Source: Eledone cirrhosa
Lineage: Eukaryota
Reading direction: 5' to 3'
Length of the DNA: 64,000 nt
Assembly: GCA_964016885.1 (NCBI GenBank)
Contig: OZ024741.1
Coordinates: 311,860,001-311,924,000, forward strand
The notes beneath the pieces were generated by a model. The model did no database searches and had not been told where the DNA came from. It worked only from the letters and a program-made list of their open reading frames with translations. This document shows positions 1-12,764 of the stretch, piece by piece (within the stretch, counting starts at the first letter, position 1; each line of letters begins with the position of its first letter). The position numbers and the translations under genes are program-made.

Positions 1-1705
<1,705 letters not shown>

Positions 1706-1715
1706 ATATATATAT

Positions 1716-1759
<44 letters not shown>

Positions 1760-1907
1760 AATATATATGGTTGTTATATAGTAAGGTGTGTTATTGGTTG
1801 TGTCAAACGGTCCAACAAATTTGTTAGCAATATTAATTTCTCCAGGCTTTTGTATATCTCCAATTCCATTTATGGGTACAGCTAGATGATGAAAAACGGA
1901 GTATTTG

Positions 1908-4651
1908 TATCAAAATAAAGATCCGAAGGCATGGTATAAATTTCCGATCATTTTAATCACGACACGTGTTTCAATAGGAGATATCGATCGTGTAACCATG
2001 ATCGATTATCACTGATCGATTATCACTGAAGTCTCTATCTCCCAATATCTGTAAAATACGCTGGACATCAATCAAATCTGTAGAATTACAGTCGGTCACA
2101 CTTAATGTGAGTGGGTACACACACACTCACACACACCGACGCGAGGTCAAATAAAAAATATAAATATACCAACATAGTATTCACCGAAAGTTAGTTTACA
2201 AAACAACAAATGTTATATTGGTAAAATGTCAATTTGACGATGTAAATTGGAAAAATGTTGTATGGTATGGTATATACACTTCCGTATCGTCCCAAAAAGT
2301 GTATGTTAAGGTAAATACACATCCATGTGAAGAGCAAGGAGTCAGCTCATATCGATCTCAGTATGTCGCGTTGTCCCATATAAAATCTGAGTCCCCAAAT
2401 CTGTACGTGCAAGCAACCGCTATGTAGGCCAACGAGGGCTTCTGTGTAGGGTTGGGTATTTGGGGTAAGGTGTCCGTATGTGCGATTTCCCGTCATATCA
2501 GACATTGGGCTTTTAAGATATGTGTTTGAGTGGAGGTGTGTTATCCAACACAAAAAGTAAAATAAAATGACGAAGAATAGCAAAACCCAGAGACTCATAC
2601 ATGTGAGGCGAGCCGGCTCACCCCAATTCCTGGGAACCTACCCATAGAGCAGACAAGAACTGAGACCCGACCCCAAAGATACCGTGTTCCCTCTGGAACT
2701 ACCCAGGTTGATAACAGAAAATGTAATTGCAGGAACACCGCCACTTGCGCCATCGCTGGGAAATGCCTCACCAAAAACATAGTCTACGACTGTAAGGTCT
2801 CCACTTTAAATAGAGCCTTCAGGTATGTCGATGCAACTTCCACTGAATTTAAGGATATATGGTATAATCACCGCCATACCTTTAATAGATTAGATAAAAA
2901 AAATATCATGGTGCTTTCTGAATTAGTCTGGAAGCTTAAACAACATAATATAGAGTACTCCTTATCCTGGTTCATAATTTGCTCAGCCCGGCCATATAAC
3001 GGCAGCACTGGCGTCTGTAATTTATGTATAGCTGAAACCTTTAATATTATTAGAGGCGATCCTCTATTAATCAATAGGAGAGCGGATCTATTCAGCAACT
3101 GCTAACATAGAACCTCGAAAACCTTCCGCAGAATTTTTGGAAAGTAACCTACCGCAACTCCTCCCTCTCTACATCAGCCATAGAATTCTCTAAATTACAA
3201 AAAACAGACAATCACACACTCAGGTAGTTAGGCAGCTTAGATCGTTGCGCACTTACAAACGGTTCTCGGCCTGTTTCCACAGAGTTCTCACAGCTGAGTG
3301 CACATTAGAATACCTAGTTATTAAATAGGTAGAATGATTACACACTCAGGTAAGACCGATTACGCGCATTCGCCATTAATTTAGGATACCCTAACCATTG
3401 AGTTCTCTTGGTTAGGATATAGCTAGACGTATTACACACTCAGTTAAAACCGATTATGCTCTCTATACATAACTCTACACACAGTGCCGTGTTTCTTTAG
3501 ACACTGAGTTTCCACAGTTATGACTGGTCACGTTCCTATCGATTGAACACTAGGTTTTGATCCTTGATCATCTAACCATGGAGTGCTCACGGTTACAGAT
3601 TGGACAATAATACTTACACACCATTAATGGACCTACACACATCCTCTGGGTTTTGCTAGTCTTTGTTATTTTATTTTACTTTTTGTGTTGGATAACGCAC
3701 CTCCACCACTCAAACACATATCTTGAAAGCCCAAGAGCCAATATGACGGGAAATCGCACATACTGACACCTTAACCGAAATGCCCAACCCTACACAGAGC
3801 CCCTTGGTCGCCTAAATAGAGGTTGCTTGCACGCACAGATTTGGGGAATCATATTCTCAATGGGACAACGGCACATACTGAGTTCGATATGAGCTGACTA
3901 CTTGCTCTTAACATGGATGTGTATATACCTTAACATACACTTTTTGGGACGATACGGATGTGTATATACCATAACATACACTATTTGGAGATACGGATGT
4001 TACATTTCAATCTATACACGTATATCAGAACATTGAACTGGACTTACTTGCGTGTGTATAGGGTTGCTGTTGACCGAATTTTTCCAATTTACATCGTCAA
4101 ATTGAGACTTGACCAATATAACATTTGTTGTTTTGTAAACTAACTTTAGGTGAATACTATGTTGGTATATTTATATTTTTTCTTTGACCTCGTGTCAGTG
4201 TGTGTACTCACTCACACTATCTGTGACCGTCTATAGTTCGACAGATTTGATGCTATGTTGGTATATGTATATAATTTTTCTTTGACCTCGCGTGGGTGTG
4301 TGTGTCAGTGTGTGTACCCACTCTCATTAACTGGGACCGGCTGTAATTCTACAGATTTGATTGATGTCCAGCGTCTTTTACAGCTATTGGGAGATAGAGA
4401 CTTGATAGTTTTATGACCCTAACTGAGGACGTGTTTTGACTGCATGATCTTCAAATGAGGGACTAAACTCTGTAAGTGAACGTCCTTAATTTTCTCCCTC
4501 ATATCAATGATTTGAAGACAATTCAGTTCCACCTAACGAATTCGGTGATAATCGATCATGGCTACACGATCGATCTATTTATTATTGAAACATGAGTCGT
4601 GATTAATATGATTGGAAATTTATACCATGCCTTCGGATCTTTATTTTGATA
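1908..4651 (+). mobile_element. 5'-truncated Naiad-like Penelope-like element with inverted pseudo-LTR (arms ~1908-2592 and ~3645-4651)
   Basis: Left arm is the diverged reverse complement of the right arm; the loop holds a GIY-YIG C-terminus; the right end abuts (TA)n. Confidence 0.8.
2593..3147 (+). pseudogene. Naiad-type GIY-YIG endonuclease C-terminus (decayed)
   Basis: Frame of ORF 2908-3105 read upstream: KCNCRNTATCAIAGKCLTKNIVYDCKV...RYVDATSTEFKDIWYNHRHTF...CNLCIAE...LINRRADLFSNC*HR; YIG Gly and catalytic Arg replaced; internal TAA at 3103. Confidence 0.8.
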
Positions 4652-4676
4652 TATATATATATATATATATATATGC

Positions 4677-4773
4677 ATTTAGAACTATTAGAACTATTTC
4701 ATTCAAATGTAATAATAAGGAAACCCGTTTCCGATGAATTCTTTGGATGAAACTATTCTAGTCCTGTAGAAGC
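4677..4773. ncRNA. Back-to-back inverted pair of degenerate hammerhead-like motifs (family H1)
   Basis: Imperfect palindrome; right half CGTTTC-CGATGA-ATTCTTTGGAT-GAAACTATTCTAGTCCTGTA-GAAGCG aligns to the intact motif at 59438. Confidence 0.5.
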
Positions 4774-4995
4774 GATTTCTATATTAAACATCATATTTAC
4801 ACACACACACACACAGACACACACAGACTCACGCAAACATATATATATATGTGTGAGTGTGTGGGTGCGTGTGTGTGGGGGGGGGGGGGCGTGTGTGTGT
4901 GTGTGCATGCGTGTGTGTGTGTGTGTGTGTGTATGTGCATGCGTGTGTGTGTGTGTGTGTGTGTGTAGTAAATACGTAACAAATGTTTGATATAC

Positions 4996-5127
4996 CTTGG
5001 CAATTGTCACCAACATAACCTGCAGAACATCCATCTGAACATGTTCCATTTCGCTTGTCACAGTTACTATTGTTGAGACAATGGCATTTCCCATTATAAT
5101 TAACACTAAAATTTCATATTCGGCATT
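4996..5127 (-). pseudogene. EGF-like (laminin/MEGF-SCARF type) phase 1-1 exon, apparently decayed
   Basis: tttcag| ... |gtatat splice sites, 132 nt; translates CRI*NFSVNYNGKCHCLNNSNCDKRNGTCSDGCSAGYVGDNCQ; in-frame TGA and a Tyr at an expected Cys position. Confidence 0.75.
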
Positions 5128-5226
5128 CTGAAATATATATAAGATTTCTATATTGAACATCATATTTACACACACACACAAACGCATGCACGCGCACACC
5201 CGCACCCCCACCGCACACACACACAC

Positions 5227-5283
<57 letters not shown>

Positions 5284-5406
5284 AACCAGTAAGACCCCGA
5301 CAGCTGAGCTCAAGCCGTTTCGACGGCTATTACCCACTCTACTACCTCAAGTATTGAGTACTTTGGTGCGTTATGGTCCACCTGGTTCCTTACCACATTT
5401 CCTTCG

Positions 5407-5458
<52 letters not shown>

Positions 5459-6065
5459 TAGACGATTCTATTGATTTATTAATTGTTTATGTTTGTTTGA
5501 TAACTTCTGGTTGAGTGCTTAATTCGGTTTGTCTAAAGGAATTCATTTCTTTGTCTCAAATTGGAATTCACCGCCAAAGCGGGGGTCACCTCCCTTGGAG
5601 AAACCCACGTGTCTATAGCGAAATTTAATGCTAGAGCATACCCGCGGAGGCTAAAGAACACAAGACTTGCTGAAGAAGGAAATCCTTTGTTCTGTTGTCA
5701 AAAAACATTAAATTGCAGACTCCTGCAAGCGGAATTTGTCGATCTTGGATTTGCAGAAACCTAGCGCTGATGTTGTGTGCTGTATGTGATGTATATCGTG
5801 TGCTATACGATATGCATTGCATATTTTGCATTCAGTCTCACCGTTTTGTCCAGGTTAGTCTAAATTCTTTTCCTGAGTCCTGTATTTTCGTTACTCTAGT
5901 GATGCGGCTGGACTGCCGAACGCTATATTTGATTTGCTAAGCTGTCTAAACGTATTGTTATTACTCGGGGGTACTTTTCCCCATCCGAGTGCTAAAGCTA
6001 GAGACCGAATTTGCATTCATTAGCTTGGCCGCGAACTAAAGCTTCGGTAATGCTGTACTAAAATT

Positions 6066-6096
<31 letters not shown>

Positions 6097-6361
6097 GGAT
6101 ACTATTTATAGTTATGTATATTTTAAACCATAAACAGGGAAGGTCAGTAATTACTACCTTATTACCAGTAAGATACATAGCTCAACGTAAGTACATCAGT
6201 TGTTCTACAGAGCAGTTATATAGAATTCACAAGAATCAAAGCTATGTTCAAAACATTTATTCACTTACAATTGTTTCTTCCAAACCTAGGCTTGGATTCT
6301 TCGGAGCAATTTCTAATGCTTGTACATATAATTGACTTCCCAGTCAACGCAAGAGACATAC

Positions 6362-6431
<70 letters not shown>

Positions 6432-6442
6432 ATGTACAGTGC

Positions 6443-6500
<58 letters not shown>

Positions 6501-6638
6501 AATTAAAATGCTGCTTCTAACATAGCTTTATACATATGAGTATGTGTAGTTTGGATACCTAGCAATATGCGATATTTTTATGTATAATAAAAATAAATGA
6601 TTATAGGGTGTAAATTTCACGTTTAATTTAGACATAAC

Positions 6639-6736
6639 TTCTACAGTACTAGAAATATTTCATTCAAAAGTAATCATCAGGAAAGACGTTTACTGATGAT
6701 ATCTTTGGAAGAAACTATTCTAGTCCAGTAGAAAGG
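6639..6736. ncRNA. Second back-to-back inverted hammerhead pair (family H1)
   Basis: ...TCATCAGGAAA-GACG-TTTACTGATGA...; CTGATGA and GAAA cores present on both strands; helices partly decayed. Confidence 0.55.
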
Positions 6737-7279
6737 ATTTATATATTAAACATCATATTTGCACACACGCACTTATACAATCAGACTACACCGCCACACA
6801 CACAGACACACACGCACACAAATTATATATGTATGTGTGTGTATAGTATCAATATATATGATAATGTTGAAGATATCATTAATTACAAACAGATATCAAT
6901 GATACAATTTTATATCAAATTTTAAGATTAAAGAGGTCTTGTGTTAAACAAATGAACTTGTATATTTATTGAATATTATATCGATCCTCTATAACATATA
7001 CATGGATATTTAGTTCACTTAAATGCAATGTTGGGAACATTCTGAAAGAAACAAACAATATCATAAGTAAAATAACATATATAATCCTTCCAAATCTTAC
7101 CATATTCTAACAGTGACTACGATATGTAATTGCGAGATTCTTACATTTAAATAAACACACAAAAACACACACTCATAGATATATATATAATATATACCGT
7201 ATATGTATAAATGCATACATATACACATACACACACACATACATAGATACATACATACATACCTACATACAAAAAAAAA

Positions 7280-7590
7280 ATCAAATAATGAAATATTACG
7301 TGTTATTGACGAATTAGGGGAAGAATATTTACGACGGATAAAAACCCCAACATTTTTGCAAATCAACGCCTGTTTATATGCCTTAGCAACGACAGTGGAT
7401 CATTATCTTGGTGATAGCAGGGATATTAACAAGAACAGACCACCACCAAAATACCATCATATATAACTAAAATAGAAAAAAAGATTGCTGACCTACGAAA
7501 ACACACAGGACATGTAACAATGCTCCTTACCTCAAAACAAACACAAAAAAACCTCACTCCTCACCAACAAAGAGTGTAAAATAAAATTCT
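7280..7590 (+). mobile_element. Fragment of an R4/Dong-like non-LTR retrotransposon N-terminal region
   Basis: INACLYALATTV...RPPPKY, then after a frameshift IEKKIADLRKHTG; resembles the R4/Dong N-terminal pattern (recalled, not searched). Confidence 0.4.
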
Positions 7591-10500
7591 GGAGCCATGA
7601 CGGATCCCATTGCCTGGTCTGAATGTTTAGAAACACTCTGGCAATCAGTTCTTGTTCTGTGTCATGGATATGGCCAAATGACAACTGAATATGGTCATTG
7701 GAGTCCTTTTCAAGAAGTCCATTTCCCAATTTAAGAATTTGGATGGCAAACTCACTGACACCTTCGTCACCAGTTAAGTGCCCTCGCATGTTGGTTGAAG
7801 GCTCAGCAGCTGAAAGTGGGGCCAGAGATAGGATATTTTCAGACAGGCATTGACCTGATCAGCTCGTGTCCCTCAAAGAATTGCAGGCAGAGTTTGTCTG
7901 ATATCACCAGCAAGAACCATTGTCACTCCTCCCATTATGCAACTATTTTCTCTCAGATCCCTTATCGTCCTGTCCAAAGCTTCAATTGTTCCTTTATGGC
8001 TCATAGTAGCTTCATCTCAAATTATCATCTTGCATGTTTGCAGAAGCTTGCCCTTGGGTGAGCTCTTCTTGATGTTGCAAAAAGATTGTTCATGCCGTGT
8101 GAGATCTATGGGCAGCTTAAACATGGAGTGTGCAGTTCTTCCTCACTCCAGAAGTGTTGCTGCAATGCCACGTGAAGCCACAGCAAGGGCAATATATTGC
8201 TTTTGGCGAACTTTTCCAAGCAGGAGGTTTATGAGGAATGTCTTGCCTGTGCCTGCAGGAGCATCGATGAAGAAAAGTCCTCCCCTGTCATTTTGAATGT
8301 TTTCGCTGATGTTGTGGTAGGCGTATTTCTGGTCAACCATCAAGCGAGGTTCATTTTCATCCAGAAACTTACGCAATGCTTGAATATCGTAGTTTGTCTC
8401 CTGAAAAATGTCTTGTGCTACCTCTATTTCATCATCTGCCTCTGGCATCCCGCAGTTAGCTAATGTGCTATTCATTGCCTGAACTCGATGGGACAGGTCA
8501 CAGAGAGCTTGATTGTAAATCCTGGGGTATATTCCATATACATATTGCCATGATGTCTTCGGGCTAGGTCTAGATAGTCGTCCGACATATTGCTTTGTAC
8601 TCCTGCCAGAGTAGATCAGCTTCATCAATTCCTAATTCTGTGAGCATAATAGCAAATAATTGTCTTCAGTGATTACTGATTCTTCTAGGCATTTCTTCCA
8701 GTGTCCATTGTCATGCAGCAGTCCATGTTGTTTACATGCTTCTTGGTATGTTGCGCACTCCCTTCCTCTGAAGCACCTAAATTCCTCAAATGACGTTGGT
8801 TCTCGAACATTATGCAGAAGTAGCCATACATAAAAACATTCTCTGTTGAAATAAAAACATTCTCTGGGATTGAAATTGTAAACACGCCTAATAGCATCAC
8901 TTGACTTGACTTCATGACCTTCCACTAAATGACCCTGCTTTCTTCGATTCCAGGTCTTGCAATTGGTCCAGGTGTAGTATGTTGGGACTTCAGCATATAG
9001 GAGCGATCGAGCAAATTTATCATTCTGGCAGAGTTTAAAGAAAGCAGTTAGTGTGGTGCCATGTGATGCTTGTGCCAACTTGTGAGCAGTGATATCAGTG
9101 AAGTACACTCTCTGTCCATTTTCCAGATGGACTGTGAGGTTTACCACTGTTGGGTAGCATTGATGGATATCAAATCCAAAGATTCGCCAGATAGCTTCAT
9201 TGCAGGGGATGTTTCGACTTGTTTGATACCGTTTGACCTCATCCATCCCACCATCATTGAGTTCTTTGTCAACAATAAGGTAGCCATATCACTGCCCTTG
9301 TTGATATATTTTGTGACATATAGGATAGCCTTGTTGGAGCTGCAATACTCAACATTGATATGAGCTTTTAAAAGTTTACACAACAATTTGTTGTGTGGGA
9401 CGAGTCACTGATTGTTTATGGTCGGTTCCTCTCCTCGAACTGCTAGGCTTTCATTATTGCCTCCATGATCTGGTCTTCACCTACGATAAAGGGGGTATCC
9501 ATTATTGTCAGTCCGAGTGTCCCGAATAAAAGCTCTAGGGAAATGTTTGCTACATTTCTGATTGTTCATACATGGAGAGGCTGGATTGATGACTCAACAT
9601 GCATCATGAATGACTTTGGACTTGATGGTTTCAAAGAGCTCTGGATCACCACCTTTATCAGGCAACTCTGCTGAAATGATCTTATCAACATCATCTGGTC
9701 TTGTCTTCTCCTTGAACCAGATTGGTGTGTGAGAGTGACGAAGACCTCTCTTCTGCCACTCAATAGTGGTCATCCAAGCACTAAGCGCACCAAATATTCT
9801 TCCTTACTTTACGAGCCAGATGAATATATTTTGCTTTTCATGGAAAATCCGAGCAACGAGGTCATGTCGATCCTTTGGTTTTTGATTTTGAAATAATTCA
9901 TTTGATATTTCCGACCAGTCTGAATTGCATTTTGCTAATATTTCTAGTAGATCGTGTTATCAAATAGAACCATACCTATTGCTTCATACATATATACATA
10001 CCTGAGAAAGTAAGGTGGGATTTGAAGAAAATTTGGCTGTTATTTCTACCCACCAAAGTCCTCACTTATACTACTTTATATAGCAGAAGTACTTGGGTAT
10101 ACCTGCATAATCTTCCAAAGTAACACCATGATGTAAATGTGCGGCTTCAGAATTCCTTGCAAACTACATGACTAAGGAATTAGGATGTGTGTGTATTGTC
10201 ATTGAATGAGGAATTACGACTTTTCTCATTCCAAAACCTCTGGATAAACAACATTCTTGGTTTTGCCCTGTGGTGCCACAATGAAGAGACAATCAGGGTT
10301 CCCAACCCTTGTTGTGCCAGCATAGAGTTGACGATGTGAAAAGACAGGTTCTGCCAGATTCAAGCCAATGGCTTTCAATGATTGCCCTTGAGATTTATTA
10401 ATGGTCATGGCAAAACTGAGCCTGATCGGAAATTGAATTTCTTAAGATGCAATGGCTTATGTCAGAAAACGTGGTCGGCGAGATCTCTTCATTACATTTA

Positions 10501-12750
10501 TATACAATTCAAACTGGTCAGAAATATCAAATGAATTATTTCAAAATTAAAATCCAAAGGATCGACATGACCACATGGCTCGGGATTTCCATTAAAAACA
10601 AAAAGAAAACAACTCATCTGGCTCATAAAAGAAGGAAGAATCTTTGGTGAGCTTAGTGATTGGATGACCACTATTGAGTGACAGAAGAGAGGTCTTCCTC
10701 ACTCTCACACACTAAACTGGTGGAAGGAGAAGATAAGACCAGATGATGTTGATAAGATCATTTCAGCAGAGTTGCCTGATAAAGGTGGTGATCCAGAGCT
10801 CTTTGAAATCATCAAGTCCAAAATCATTCATGGTCAATATGGAGTGATCAATCCAGCCTCTCCCTGCATGAAAAATCAAACATGCAGCAAGCATTATCCA
10901 TCAAGCTTGATGGTAGTATGACTGGTTGGCTAATATTTCTTGGGTCAACATCAGAATCGATGGCATCTCTATTTTGGATGTAGTTATCTGCCCTCAACTT
11001 AGTATGATTCCTTCGCAGAAGTTTCAATTTTGGCATACATGTCCACCATGAACTGGCTGGTTACTTCTTTCAATCGCACAACTTGGTTGAAGTGATCACG
11101 TACCATGAAATGATAAGCATAGAATTCTTTGCAGCTGATTGATCGGCCAGCTTCTTGTCCCGTTCCTGGGCTAATCTGCCGTAGCTGAAAATGATATCCA
11201 ACTTGACCATTCCAAAAGATGAACGGATATTGGAGTGAATCATAGGCTCTATGAGTTTCACAAATTCGCTCCAAATGTCTACTTCATTTTTGGAAAACAA
11301 TGTCACGTTGTTCATGCTGTTCATCAACCATTATGATTACAACTTCATCAATAACAGATGCATTGAATCTGCGTTCATGTTCTGAACCGGGGCGTTTGTC
11401 TGCCCTAATGATGATTTTACGATCTCTAGTGTTGTTTATATGCCCCAGTGCATATTTAAATACTCTGACGTACTCTACATGTGATGTTGGTGAAGCATTT
11501 CCCGTAAATTTATGACTATGTAGAACTGCAATCCACCATGGACATTGGTACATCTTTGTTGTGCCGGTGTTTCATTTCCGTCCATGTAGTAAACCTGCAC
11601 CAATTTGTGAGGTTCCTGTGAAAGTGGCAGAAGGCCACCCATTAAGTGGTAACATTGTCCCTGAATTTTATAAGTTGTACAGAATGTAAAGTCAGTCACA
11701 TTCCTGTCAGCCCCAAACGATGTCATTTCAAAGGCAGAATTGTATTTTATGATGTATTTATTGCAGTGCCGTGCTTGTGTATCCTGAAGGAGCAGATTCT
11801 TCAGAAATTCAGGAGGTTTTTGTATTGTTTTAAGGCTCACTTTGCCTTTTGAGCAAAATAGACTTGGTGTTTCTACTGCCCACTTCTTGGCAGTACAACA
11901 TTGGCAGCATTTGTTCATTTTTCCAATGTTGACCTGTGGATTACTCCTGTAGTCCTTTTGAGGGTCATAAGAAAAAGCACCCATAAGCCAGTTCATTTTA
12001 CTTGTGGATTCTTCTCCTGCTCGGGCAGTAGAACGATGTGCTTGATTAGCATTTCGTCTGATTTGCTGCTGTTCTTTAATTAGTTGTTCTCGTGTAGCAG
12101 CAGTCCTTTGTTCCCTTTCATCCAAACGGTGTGGTCGTGCTAAAGCTGTTTGGGCTCTGTTAGCAGCTAGACGGGCATGCCGAATTTCTTCACTTTCTTC
12201 AGATCGCTGTGTTTACTTTCTCTTAGCCTCTGAAGCCGACCTTCCATATAATGATCTGGAACGTTTTCTAGGCATTTGAAGTGATATTATTACACACCAC
12301 ACGATAAAATAAAGTACCAGTAATGCACTGGAATAATTGCTGGCCTTATGCTAAAAGTAGAAACAATTATTACACACCACACTCTTTCCTAAATAGAAAC
12401 AACTCAGTAAAGTTGTTTTAAATGATCGCTTTATATGAATGTATATTAAGTGTGATTAATTTTAGACATATGTAGAAAATATTGGGATTTCAGATTGTAT
12501 CCAAAAAAACGACAAACACTACAAAATAAATATTTTCTATGTTAATTCAAATAACAGCGGAAAATAATATTTTCAGATAGTATCTTTTAAAAAAACCGTT
12601 TTTTTCCCGTCTGTTAAATACATACATATATACTTTTATAAAAGCATCTGTGATTTCTTTAGACAGACGTAGAAAATAAGCTTTGATGGTAACATATATC
12701 GTCTGCTAAAGAACGCCCCCCCCCCTTATAACACACACATATGTGTGTAT
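7590..12750 (-). mobile_element. Helitron family 1, copy A (pseudogenised RepHel, internally rearranged, 3'-truncated)
   Basis: ATG ~12274 (MPRKRS); EWQKRG Rep motif; PIF1 helicase motifs DAPAGTGKT, VASRGIAATLL and MTINKSQGQSL; reverse complement of the 27.1-32.3 kb copy. Confidence 0.92.
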
Positions 12751-12764
12751 AAATATATATTTAT

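Noticed and set aside
5460-6065. GC-richer island between (TA)n tracts with CTGAAGA plus a small hairpin at ~5670
   Set aside because: No GAAA/helix III follows; probably a repeat fragment but unassignable
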